Shown: positions 1 through 8,435 of the stretch, in pieces
How the letters are laid out: each line of letters begins with the position of its first letter
Position numbering within the stretch: position 1 is the stretch's first letter
Origin: a virus
Taxonomy: Duplodnaviria; Heunggongvirae; Uroviricota; Caudoviricetes
DNA: 33,575 nt
Direction: 5' to 3' (one strand)
Virus record (IMG/VR): IMGVR_UViG_637000261_000005
Position numbers and translations under genes: made by a program
Notes under the pieces: model-generated
What the model was told of the DNA's origin: nothing
Seen by the model: the letters and a program-made list of their open reading frames with translations, nothing else
Databases searched by the model: none

Positions 1-141
1 TTACTGCTTACACTGTAAGAACGCCGCAAACTCCGCTCCCCAGAAGCTCATCCGTATTTCGCACAGCGAACCGTGCAGCATCCAGATGATGAGGATTGCC
101 GTCACGCAGAACGTGATGGCCGTAAGCGATTTTTGCGACAT
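1..141 (-). CDS. Hok/Gef-family type I toxin, HokA-like (46 aa)
   Basis: Own minus-strand translation (too short for the ORF track): MSQKSLTAITFCVTAILIIWMLHGSLCEIRMSFWGAEFAAFLQCKQ. It has one hydrophobic helix followed by the SLCE...AAFL.C signature of Hok/HokA. AGGAG (minus strand, 154-150) lies 8 nt before the ATG at 141-139. The stop codon is the first 3 nt of the window. Confidence 0.7.
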   Translation of the reverse strand: MSQKSLTAITFCVTAILIIWMLHGSLCEIRMSFWGAEFAAFLQCKQ

Positions 142-331
142 AGCGCTTGCTCCTTTTTCGGGGAGGCGCTAACCTATCACTTGCTTAGGGTAGACGGTTA
201 GGGCCTCGGTTAAACAAAAATGTTTTCCGGGGCCTTTCCACATCTGGCCTTCAGGTATTCCCTCCGACCATCAGCCGAAAGGCACCCGCGCGTAATCTAT
301 CGCTTTTTTGTTACTCCGGCAATTCTGCTCG
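142..331 (-). promoter_or_regulatory. Putative hok leader / antisense (mok-sok-like) control region, lying between the reconstructed ogr stop and hok
   Basis: Position upstream of the hok-like ORF. It contains GC-rich hairpins (for example GGCCTCGG...CCGGGGCC around 201-236 and GCCTTC...GAAAGGC around 248-281). No sequence-level assignment of Sok or mok was possible by eye. Confidence 0.3.
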
Positions 332-400
332 TTAATTCTGAGGTAAGGGCAAACTCATCTGATTGTTTCCTCTGTGTGAAGTTGGCAGTTCATGCCACGG
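332..400 (-). pseudogene. ogr: Displaced 3' end of ogr, separated from the 5' part by IS2
   Basis: Joining 1915..1720 to 400..332 and counting the shared ACGG once gives an uninterrupted 86-codon frame. It ends ...WHELPTSHRGNNQMSLPLPQN*. The LPLP tail resembles the C-terminus I recall for P2 Ogr (..HPLPSGQQ..). Confidence 0.5.
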
Positions 401-479
401 TAGACTGGCCCCCTGAATCTCCAGACAACCAGTATCACTTAAATAAGTGATAGTCTAAAAACTAGTCATTGGAGTACAG

Positions 480-845
480 ATGATTGATGTCTTAGGGCCG
501 GAGAAACGCAGACGGCGTACCACACAGGAAAGGATCGCAATTGTTCAGCAGAGCTTTGAACCGGGGATGACGGTCTCCCTCGTTGCCCGGCAACATGGTG
601 TAGCAGCCAGCCAGTTATTTCTCTGGCGTAAGCAATACCAGGAAGGAAGTCTTACTGCTGTGGCCGCCGGAGAACAGGTTGTTCCTGCCTCTGAACTTGC
701 TGCCGCCATGAAGCAGATTAAAGAACTCCTGCGCCTGCTCGGCAAGAAAACGATGGAAAATGAACTCCTCAAAGAAGCCGTTGAATATGGACGGGCAAAA
801 AAGTGGATAGCGCACGCGCCCTTATTGCCCGGGGATGGGGAGTAA
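480..845 (+). CDS. insC: IS2 transposase OrfA (InsC)
   Basis: The 121-aa [56 protein letters not shown]... is recognised as IS2 InsC (HTH, IS3 family). Confidence 0.95.
   Translation: MIDVLGPEKRRRRTTQERIAIVQQSFEPGMTVSLVARQHGVAASQLFLWRKQYQEGSLTAVAAGEQVVPASELAAAMKQIKELLRLLGKKTMENELLKEAVEYGRAKKWIAHAPLLPGDGE
797..803 (+). promoter_or_regulatory. A6G (AAAAAAG) programmed -1 frameshift site joining IS2 orfA to orfB
   Basis: The heptamer sits in the orfA/orfB overlap, as is established for IS3-family elements. Confidence 0.7.
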
Positions 846-1708
846 GCTTAGTCAGCCGTTGTCTCCGGGTGTCGCGTGCGCAGTTGCACGTCATTCTCAG
901 ACGAACCGATGACTGGATGGATGGCCGCCGCAGTCGTCACACTGATGATACGGATGTGCTTCTCCGTATACACCATGTTATCGGAGAGCTGCCCACGTAT
1001 GGTTATCGTCGGGTATGGGCGCTGCTTCGCAGACAGGCAGAACTTGATGGTATGCCAGCGATCAATGCCAAACGTGTTTACCGGATCATGCGCCAGAATG
1101 CGCTGTTGCTTGAGCGAAAGCCTGCTGTACCGCCATCGAAACGGGCACATACAGGCAGAGTGGCCGTGAAAGAAAGCAATCAGCGATGGTGCTCTGACGG
1201 GTTCGAGTTCTGCTGTGATAACGGAGAGAGACTGCGTGTCACGTTCGCGCTGGACTGCTGTGATCGTGAGGCACTGCACTGGGCGGTGACTACCGGCGGC
1301 TTCAACAGTGAAACAGTACTGGACGTCATGCTGGGTGCGGTGGAACGCCGCTTCGGCAACGATCTTCCGTCGTCTCCAGTGGAGTGGCTGACGGATAATG
1401 GTTCATGCTACCGGGCTAATGAAACACGCCAGTTCGCCCGGATGTTGGGACTTGAACCGAAGAACACGGCGGTGCGGAGTCCGGAGAGTAACGGAATAGC
1501 AGAGAGCTTCGTGAAAACGATAAAGCGTGACTACATCAGTATCATGCCCAAACCAGACGGGTTAACGGCAGCAAAGAACCTTGCAGAGGCGTTCGAGCAT
1601 TATAACGAATGGCATCCGCATAGTGCGCTGGGTTATCGCTCGCCACGGGAATATCTGCGGCAGCGGGCTTGTAATGGGTTAAGTGATAACAGATGTCTGG
1701 AAATATAG
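803..1708 (+). CDS. insD: IS2 transposase OrfB (InsD), DDE integrase-like domain
   Basis: The 301-aa ORF ends ...[32 protein letters not shown] and is recognised as IS2 InsD. Confidence 0.95.
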   Translation: MDSARALIARGWGVSLVSRCLRVSRAQLHVILRRTDDWMDGRRSRHTDDTDVLLRIHHVIGELPTYGYRRVWALLRRQAELDGMPAINAKRVYRIMRQNALLLERKPAVPPSKRAHTGRVAVKESNQRWCSDGFEFCCDNGERLRVTFALDCCDREALHWAVTTGGFNSETVLDVMLGAVERRFGNDLPSSPVEWLTDNGSCYRANETRQFARMLGLEPKNTAVRSPESNGIAESFVKTIKRDYISIMPKPDGLTAAKNLAEAFEHYNEWHPHSALGYRSPREYLRQRACNGLSDNRCLEI

Positions 1709-1719
1709 GGGCAAATCCA

Positions 1720-1915
1720 ACGGGATGCCCTCTGATGAGTGAATGGGGGAGGCGTGCTTTGAAGTGAATTTGTGGAAGGCTTCCAGTGTTGAGAAACATA
1801 CGCCGCATTCTAGATTGTTACACTGATAATACTTTTGTCTCACGGTGTTTGAATCATTTTCCGGACGACTGGTGCGGATACGGGCAGATGCGCCACAAAG
1901 CGGACAACGGAACAT
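1720..1915 (-). pseudogene. ogr: Ogr late-gene transcription activator (zinc finger), 5' 65 codons, interrupted by IS2
   Basis: MFRCPLCGASARIRTSRPENDSNTVRQKYYQCNNLECGVCF... carries the CxxC...CxxxxC pattern and aligns with P2 Ogr (MFHCPLC...YHQCQNVNCSATF). The last 13 codons of the tracked 78-aa ORF ([12 protein letters not shown]) are read from the IS2 end. Confidence 0.85.
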
Positions 1916-1945
1916 AGCGACCTCTCTTATTGTAGTGCTTACACT

Positions 1946-1974
1946 ATTCTAGGTTGTATTCTCTAAGATTTAAA
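1946..1974 (-). promoter_or_regulatory. Candidate sigma70 promoter for ogr (-35 TTTAAA, 17-nt spacer, -10 TAGAAT)
   Basis: On the minus strand the -35 is at 1974-1969 and the -10 at 1951-1946. GAGAGG Shine-Dalgarno precedes the ogr ATG. Based on hexamer match only. Confidence 0.3.
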
Positions 1975-2020
1975 CATGACTTTCTCTATATAATGATTTT
2001 TAGCATTAGTTAATAAACGA

Positions 2021-2042
2021 ACGGCACTCTAAGGAGCGCCGT
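2021..2042 (-). terminator. Hairpin 9 nt downstream of the 1039-aa ORF (ACGGCACTC-TAAG-GAGCGCCGT, one mismatch), candidate terminator
   Basis: A 9-bp GC-rich stem sits in an otherwise AT-rich stretch and is followed on the minus strand by TCGTTTATT. It lies between the cargo gene stop (2051) and the ogr promoter candidate. Confidence 0.45.
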
Positions 2043-2050
2043 CAAAGATA

Positions 2051-5000
2051 TTATTCTGATGTCACTCTTTGCGAGTGAGCTATTTTTAAATCAGCGTTTC
2101 CTTCAAATACTATATTCAACTCATAGTTAAGAGTTAGCTTGAATTTATCTGAGTCACTTTTGATATTCTCTGAAGTGACATTTACTAACTTATTATTATC
2201 ATATTCTCTAATAATTAATTTAGTGAAGTAGTTATCCTTTACCACAAGAGAAAATGGTTGATTAACAAATGGTAAGAAGTAAACCTTACGGGTACCGGAT
2301 TCAGTAGTTATGTTCATAGAGCCATCATCATTTTTTCTCATTAGTTCTCTGAGGTTGGGATTATCGAAAAGCATACGATTATATTGCTGAAAGATCTCTT
2401 TACTCATCACAAGAACCAGTTTGCCAGCCAAGTCAGCAGATGATTTTATGTGATCAATCAACATATTGAAATCTTCTATTACGGTATGTTGCGAACAGCC
2501 AGTGCTAAATAAATTTGAAAGTATTATTCTCTGGATGTCCTTGAGAATTAAGTCTGCTTGAATATCACCTTCATTGATATAAGGGATGGATTCTATTCCT
2601 TCGGCATACGGTTCTTTATCTATCTTAATAGATATCTTATGTTTTGTGAAACAATCGCTAGCCTGCTTAAAATCAATAGATTTGAAAAGTGAAAGAGGGA
2701 GCGTTTTCTTGATGCGTTTACGAAGATGTTCTGATGTTTTACGTGCAGTGCTATCTAGTCGATGTACATCTATGGCAGCATCCTGAAGTCTCATATCAAG
2801 ATCTTTCTTTAGCATGTTAATATGCTCTTGAAGCAACTTTCTTAAGTTTTCTTTTTTTGTTTGGAGATCGTCCAATGTTAAAGTCAGCTTGATTTTAGTG
2901 TATTCGATGGAGTTACAAATTTTTGATAATACTCCAATGAGTCGTTGCTTCTCACGATATGTTATATAGTTGTTTTCTATTGCTTCTTTTATTTCTTTTG
3001 ATACGCTATCGTTCTTTTTAGAAAAAATTAATAATAGCTGAACCCATGATTGTTCCATATCAATAAATCCACAGTCAAAAACATTACTGTAAACTCTGCC
3101 CATCACCATGTCTGTTTTATCATAGTCACGTAAACGCCTTGCTAAACTATTCATCCACCCATTGTGCTCCATATTTTCAGACCATGTCCACAGGCAGATT
3201 CTAATTAATATCTTGATTAGTTGGCTTGCATTATCAATTTCTTCAGTGGGAGTTTCATATCCACCGGTTTGGTCAATAAGTTTACCCTCTAAAATAAGTT
3301 TAATGTAATGTGTCATTAGTTTGTCAGAAGTATTGATTCTTGATGTCAGATAAAGACATGTGCATATACGCATGTCAGTCAACGCATTTATGATGGCAAT
3401 ATTGAACCACTCTCTGTCTGAATTGAAGTTTAGTTTTTTGGATATGAAAAAACCCGGGTTAAAAAGCTGGCCTTTGTAACTGTATTTTTCTACCGAATGG
3501 CTGTCAATATTCATTGAGTGCTGCCATCGGTTAATAAGATCGACGGCTGTATCAATAGTAGAAGGATCGCGAGTCTGTGTTGCATCAATAATCATCGATG
3601 GAAGTTCTTGTAGTTGCGTTTTGCAAAATAATTCAAATAAATCTGAATTCTCTGTATTGCAGAAACGAAAGTTTATGCTTTCTTGATATTGCTCCCAAAC
3701 AGTGATATAGGTTCTTAATATACGATTATAACGTGAACGAAGCGAGGCATTTAAGAGTGATTGGTTGTTTCGGAACCATTCTGTTAATATTGACCATTGT
3801 GAACGAGTAATTCCCATATAGATACAAAGTTCATTGCTGATAAGATGTTTTCTATTATTGATAATACGCACTCCGCTCCAAAGACATAATTCAAAAAATC
3901 TTTCAGAAAGATTAATTTTATCCATGGAATTATTTGATATTTTATAAACTTCATCTGAAAACTCATATTGAAAACTCCGTTCAAATAATTCTGTAGTGAT
4001 CAGTAAGAAGTTATTGTTGGTATTATCATCTTGAAAAAAATACAAATCGCAGAGATTATTAAAGTTATTAATTAATGCAGAGATAGCATTGTCAAAACTA
4101 ATGAGATCAGAATCCCGCAGATACATATACGTATCTGCTGTTATAGCCTGCATTGTAAGACTTACGGAAAAATCTCCTCCTTTAATCGGAGCCCTATAAA
4201 AACATTGCTTAAGTATTTTTATTAATAAGCTGTCTGGTTTGATATTTTTAACGCTAAAAAGTATCTTACCCGTGGATTCTGTTTCTTTTGTACGATTATC
4301 ACCAATGACAAATGACGCAAAATGATTCTTCTTTTTTAGTTGGTAATTAATAAGATTAAGAGTAAGTTGAAAAGGACGGTGATATAAACTTAACTCATCT
4401 TCCTTAGAATAACTGCTAGCCACAGATATGTATTCTCCTTTGTAATCGGCTTGCGTGATTTCTAAATTTGAATAGTTATGTTTTTGATAGATAGGGTATA
4501 ACCTAAGCTTGGCTGAGATTTTGTTACAAATATGGGGCATTACTATTTCGAAGGCAATGTATCGCTTTATAATTATTTGCCGTTTTACATCATCAAGAAT
4601 TTCAAGACTCACGATAAAGAACCAAATAGAAAGAACTATGTTTATCAAAAGCCATAATATGCTGATTAGACAAGCTATACCATAAAGATAACTTCCAAAG
4701 ACAGTTTTAATTAGTACACTGAGAAGTATAAATCCTGATAAGAAAAGCCCGCTGAGTCCAGCAAGCATGAATCCTGAGTAACGCTGATAAGCAGTTTGGG
4801 CTATTTTTCTATCTGCCTTTTTTTGGAATAAGACACTTACTAAACCTATAACAAGGGGGTATACAATACCAATAATTGTCAATTGGCCACTTAAAATGGT
4901 TGTTTGCCATTCGGTTAATGAATGCCTAAACGGGAAATAATGTAAAAGATTATTTTTTATAAATAATTCGTTTAAATATCCAACATAAAGTAGTACAAAT

Positions 5001-5170
5001 GAAAAAGCTGATATGCAAAGTACTGATTTAACCGGTGAGGATGTTAATCTTATGATGTTTTTTTCAATAAAATTCCATTTTAAATTCGAATAAAATGGAT
5101 TTTTAACCATTTTATTACGAACATAGTTCTTTGCTAAAATCTCTGTTGCACTTAAAAATTGTCCAATCAT
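2051..5170 (-). CDS. Uncharacterised 1039-aa membrane protein (4-5 N-terminal TM helices plus about 840 aa of soluble, largely helical region); prophage cargo, function unknown
   Basis: A 3.1-kb uninterrupted ORF lies in about 28-32% GC DNA (my hand count of sampled lines), where stop codons should be frequent. Hydrophobic segments occur at about aa 49-66, 91-115, 132-154 and 160-190. A heptad-like charged stretch spans about aa 762-822. I found no Walker A, HExxH, nuclease, TIR or SIR2 signature. Confidence 0.9.
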   Translation of the reverse strand: MIGQFLSATEILAKNYVRNKMVKNPFYSNLKWNFIEKNIIRLTSSPVKSVLCISAFSFVLLYVGYLNELFIKNNLLHYFPFRHSLTEWQTTILSGQLTIIGIVYPLVIGLVSVLFQKKADRKIAQTAYQRYSGFMLAGLSGLFLSGFILLSVLIKTVFGSYLYGIACLISILWLLINIVLSIWFFIVSLEILDDVKRQIIIKRYIAFEIVMPHICNKISAKLRLYPIYQKHNYSNLEITQADYKGEYISVASSYSKEDELSLYHRPFQLTLNLINYQLKKKNHFASFVIGDNRTKETESTGKILFSVKNIKPDSLLIKILKQCFYRAPIKGGDFSVSLTMQAITADTYMYLRDSDLISFDNAISALINNFNNLCDLYFFQDDNTNNNFLLITTELFERSFQYEFSDEVYKISNNSMDKINLSERFFELCLWSGVRIINNRKHLISNELCIYMGITRSQWSILTEWFRNNQSLLNASLRSRYNRILRTYITVWEQYQESINFRFCNTENSDLFELFCKTQLQELPSMIIDATQTRDPSTIDTAVDLINRWQHSMNIDSHSVEKYSYKGQLFNPGFFISKKLNFNSDREWFNIAIINALTDMRICTCLYLTSRINTSDKLMTHYIKLILEGKLIDQTGGYETPTEEIDNASQLIKILIRICLWTWSENMEHNGWMNSLARRLRDYDKTDMVMGRVYSNVFDCGFIDMEQSWVQLLLIFSKKNDSVSKEIKEAIENNYITYREKQRLIGVLSKICNSIEYTKIKLTLTLDDLQTKKENLRKLLQEHINMLKKDLDMRLQDAAIDVHRLDSTARKTSEHLRKRIKKTLPLSLFKSIDFKQASDCFTKHKISIKIDKEPYAEGIESIPYINEGDIQADLILKDIQRIILSNLFSTGCSQHTVIEDFNMLIDHIKSSADLAGKLVLVMSKEIFQQYNRMLFDNPNLRELMRKNDDGSMNITTESGTRKVYFLPFVNQPFSLVVKDNYFTKLIIREYDNNKLVNVTSENIKSDSDKFKLTLNYELNIVFEGNADLKIAHSQRVTSE

Positions 5171-5260
5171 GAATTACTCTTCTATAAAGTGTGGGTCTAC
5201 TAACTAAACTGGAACTTTTACTATTGAGTCATATTCCCTTGGACGGGATGGACTGTGAAG

Positions 5261-5266
5261 ATTATA
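5261..5266 (-). promoter_or_regulatory. Perfect TATAAT -10 hexamer about 90 nt upstream of the cargo ORF (weak -35)
   Basis: The minus strand reads ...CCCACATGACAGAGGAAGTCAAGTATAATCTTC. This is the only consensus -10 I see in the 248-bp AT-rich gap 5171-5418. Confidence 0.25.
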
Positions 5267-5418
5267 CTTGACTTCCTCTGTCATGTGGGAAAAACATCCG
5301 TATTATTGTTAGCATCTGGTTGATGCCCCAACCTCTGACATCTAGTGGGCTGATACATTATCTTTTGTTCTTACTGTCAGTGTAGAAGCACATCTCAAAA
5401 ATAATATTTTTAAGAGAT

Positions 5419-6528
5419 TTATTCTGTTTCTGCTATCCATTCCGGGATTTTTGCTTCAAGTTCAAGCTGCGTGGTAAAGCCGCTGTTATCAATGGTGTGC
5501 TCGGCTTTTGCAATAGTCCAGTCCTGATAATCAATCTCGCTTTTAAAGCCTGTCACTGTGCCATGCATTTCGGGATAGAGTTCTGCACGACCACGCGCCA
5601 GCGTGATGGAGAATGATGCGGCTCCGCGTTGTAGCTGCTGCCACTTTGCCGCCGCTGCGCGTCTTGCTGCCTGCTCGTTCTGATAAGTCTTGCGTAACAC
5701 AAACACGTTGCCTTCCGCACCTTCCATATAGTCGCCTTCCCGACTGCTGCTTTTCTCCTTTTTGGGTTTTGGCGGTTTGCGGCGTTTCACGCTGACTTTT
5801 TTCTTTTTCCCGTAATTAAGATCAAGCCAGTAGGCGCGTACCCCCGTATACGCCTCGCGGTCAGCAATGCGGAACTGATGGCGATCGCCGCTGCTGCGTG
5901 TAATGGCGAACGAGGGCAACGGCTGCCCCTGTGCGTTCACGCCACCACCTGGCATGATGAATAACAGATTGCCGCTTTTTACCGTGGCGATTGCTCCCAG
6001 CATTTCCGCCATGCGCGTAAGAAAGGACATGTCGCTTTCTTCGGTCTGGTCGGCGTGGTCGATTTCGATATCCATCAGCATTTCGCTGATTTGCGGTTTC
6101 AGACCGTACCGATGAGTGATGGCGGATACCACACGCTCAACGGTCACATCATGCCAGGACACCTCACGTTTAACGTTAAATTCATCCCGAAAATCTGCGC
6201 TTCTGGCTGAAACAGTCAGCCTGTCCGGCGGTCCTTCGTGAGCGATTTCATCAACAATGTAAGTGCCTTTTTCTGTCAGCGGTTCCCCTTTCCAGCCAAT
6301 GAGAACCGTCAGACGCGCGCCCCGTGGCGGTAGCTGCAACTGACCATCCGCATCATCCAGCGTGATGGTGAGCTGGTCCGCCTCAAATCCCCGGTTGTCG
6401 GTCAGTTACAGGCTCATCAGGCGCTCCGCCACGCCTGACAGCGTTTTACCCTCCGAGAGAATATCAAAATCCGGCATTTTCACGGGGGCCGTGCCCTGAC
6501 TGAGCAATTGCATGGTGGTGTCGGTCAT
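5419..6528 (-). pseudogene. D: Tail protein gpD with an in-frame TAA after codon 40
   Basis: The two tracked ORFs (6406-6660 and 5419-6339) are in the same frame. Reading through gives ...GVAERLMSL*LTDNRGFEADQLTITLDDADGQLQLPPRGARLTVLIGWKGEPL..., which is colinear with P2 gpD (..RRLISLTMTDNRGFEADQLDIELDD..). The stop is at 6408-6406. The ATG at 6528 is preceded by GGGAGGGAG. Confidence 0.85.
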
Positions 6529-6582
6529 CTGCTCCCTCCCTGTGCGGCATGGTCGCATGTGCGTGCGGAGGGGGTTACTGCT

Positions 6583-6608
6583 TTTTGTTGTCGCCGTGGC
6601 GGGAGAAC
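6583..6608 (+). promoter_or_regulatory. TTTTGTTGT-N12-AGAAC element in the D|FI divergent intergenic region; candidate Ogr-responsive late promoter site
   Basis: The same 9-mer, 12-nt spacer and 5-mer recur at 25253-25278 in the O|P intergenic region. It resembles the TGT-N12-ACA dyad established for P2 late promoters but reads TGT-N12-AGA. Confidence 0.4.
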
Positions 6609-6685
6609 GGCGCAGGGGTGAGATTACGCGCGTGGTGGGTGATGATTGTTGCTGAATCATTTAACGGATACAAGGGGCTGAAGCT

Positions 6686-7870
6686 ATGAGTGAAACTCGT
6701 TTTCATGGTGCCCGTGTTACGGAGAATACCGACCTGGTAACAGCGATTAACGATGTTGATTCCAGCGTTATCGGTATCGTGGCAACGGCGGATGATGCGG
6801 ACGCGAAGCTGTTCCCGCTGAACAAGCCCACACTGCTGACCCGCGTCAATGACGTGCTGGGAAAATGCGGGACAACGGGGACGCTTTATCGTGCGCTTAA
6901 GGCCATCGCAGACCAGGTGAGCACAAAGGTGATCGTCGTTCGCGTGGCTGAACACAAAGAAGAAGACGGAAAGACGCAGGATCAACTGGTTATCGGTGGT
7001 TCTGAGGATGACGGCAGCTATACGGGGATGTATGCGCTGCTTGTTGCAGAGCAGGATGAAAGCATCGGATACCGTCCGCGTATTCTGGCCGCGCCGGAGC
7101 TGGACACGGAGGCGGTAACAAAATCCCTGTGCGTGATTGCAGATAAACTGCGCGCGTTTGTGTATGCCTCATGTCATGGCTGTAACACGATGGCCGAGGC
7201 AATTACCTACCGCCAGAAATTCAACGAACGTGAGGTGATGCTCTTATGGCCGGACTTCATCGCCTACAACCCGAAAAATGGCAAAAACGAAACGTTCCCC
7301 GCGCCTGCCTATGCGTGCGGCCTTCGTGCGTACATTGACCATGAACAGGGATGGCACAAATCGCTGTCCAACGTTCCGGTTAAAAATGTGCTGGGGATGT
7401 CGAGGCATGTGTTCTGGTCGTTGCAGGCCGAAGACAGCGATGCCAACAGCCTCAACGACAAAGAAATCACGACCATTATTCGTCGCAACGGGTTCCGCTT
7501 CTGGGGTAACCGCACACCGGAAACGAACGCCTACATCTTTGAGGTGTATACCCGAACCGCACAGGTGCTGGCTGATTCAATTGCGGAAGCGCAGTTTGAA
7601 ACCATCGACAGTCCACTGACGCCTGCGAATGTGAAGGATGTTATCAGTGCCATCAGGGCAAAACTGGATTCACTGGTGACTGCCGGGAAACTGATTGGCG
7701 CGGAGTGCTGGTATGACGTGGTGGATAACAGCACCACGGATTTACGTCAGGGACGTGTGCGTATTCGCTACAAATATACGCCCGTTCCGCCACTGGAAGA
7801 CATGGAGCTTTACCAGACGTTTACTGATGAATACTTTGAACCCGCATTTGCGGTGCTGGGAGGTGCCTGA
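6686..7870 (+). CDS. FI: Contractile tail sheath protein (gpFI)
   Basis: 394 aa, the size and sequence character of P2 FI. It is followed directly by tube, E/E', T and U. Confidence 0.9.
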   Translation: MSETRFHGARVTENTDLVTAINDVDSSVIGIVATADDADAKLFPLNKPTLLTRVNDVLGKCGTTGTLYRALKAIADQVSTKVIVVRVAEHKEEDGKTQDQLVIGGSEDDGSYTGMYALLVAEQDESIGYRPRILAAPELDTEAVTKSLCVIADKLRAFVYASCHGCNTMAEAITYRQKFNEREVMLLWPDFIAYNPKNGKNETFPAPAYACGLRAYIDHEQGWHKSLSNVPVKNVLGMSRHVFWSLQAEDSDANSLNDKEITTIIRRNGFRFWGNRTPETNAYIFEVYTRTAQVLADSIAEAQFETIDSPLTPANVKDVISAIRAKLDSLVTAGKLIGAECWYDVVDNSTTDLRQGRVRIRYKYTPVPPLEDMELYQTFTDEYFEPAFAVLGGA

Positions 7871-8380
7871 TGGCTGTGCCAAAACATCTTCGCTTTTTTA
7901 CGCTGTTTGTGGATGGTGAAAACGAAGTGGGTAATGTGACGTCCGTCACTCTGCCTAAGCTGACGCGCAAAACCGACAGCTACCGGGGTGGTGGCATGAT
8001 GGGTGCGGTAAGTATTGATCTCGGTCTGGACGACTCCGCGCTTGATGCGAGCTTTGTCATGGGGGCGCAGTTCGTGAGCTGTTCCTTAAGTATGGCGGCA
8101 CGATTGACGGCACGCTGCTGCGTTTTGCGGGTGAATACTACACCGATGCAGAAAGCGACCTGTATGAAGTCGAAATGCGCGGACGTGTGACGGAAATTGA
8201 TATGGGGGAAGCCAAACAGGGCGAAGCCACATCACACACTTACGCCATTAAAACACCTACTACAAGCTGAGTGTTAACGATCGCCCGTTGTGGGAGATTG
8301 ACCTGCTGAACTTCATTTACCGGAAGGACGGCAAGGACATTGTGCCCGATCGCATCCGTTCCGCGCTTGGGCTTGGCTGA
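7870..8380 (+). pseudogene. FII: Tail tube protein (gpFII) with two frameshifts
   Basis: Frame 0 reads MAVPKHLRFFTLFVDGENEVGNVTSVTLPKLTRKTDSYRGGGMMGAVSIDLGL...ASFVMG. Homology continues in a second frame from about 8070 (VRELFLKYGGTIDGTLLRFAGEYYTDAESDLYEVEMRGRVTEIDMGEAKQGEATSHTYAIK). It then moves to a third frame from 8258 (YYKLSVNDRPLWEIDLLNFIYRKDGKDIVPDRIRSALGLG*). The shifts lie near the G5 run at 8061-8065 and near 8250-8258. Confidence 0.85.
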
Positions 8381-8435
8381 TAAGTAATATGCTGGCGGCG
8401 CAGTGCGTCGCCTCTGACTGAAAAGGAGACAACAG

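Larger units (their letters stand above)
401..1719 (+). mobile_element. IS2, essentially full length
   Basis: The termini are TAGACTGGCCCCCTGAATCTCCAGACAACC (401-) and ...GGAAATATAGGGGCAAATCCA (-1719), which match the IS2 inverted repeats as I remember them. It encodes InsC and InsD. The 4-bp sequence ACGG flanks both ends. Confidence 0.95.

Noticed and set aside
220-450. 76-aa plus-strand ORF
   Set aside because: It runs across the ogr 3' remnant (antisense) and over the IS2 left boundary, so it cannot be an evolved gene.
2708-2743. RKTSEH (Rx4H) in the 1039-aa protein (aa 810-815) as a HEPN RNase motif
   Set aside because: The motif is too short to be meaningful. It sits inside a charged coiled-coil-like stretch with no other HEPN features that I can recognise.
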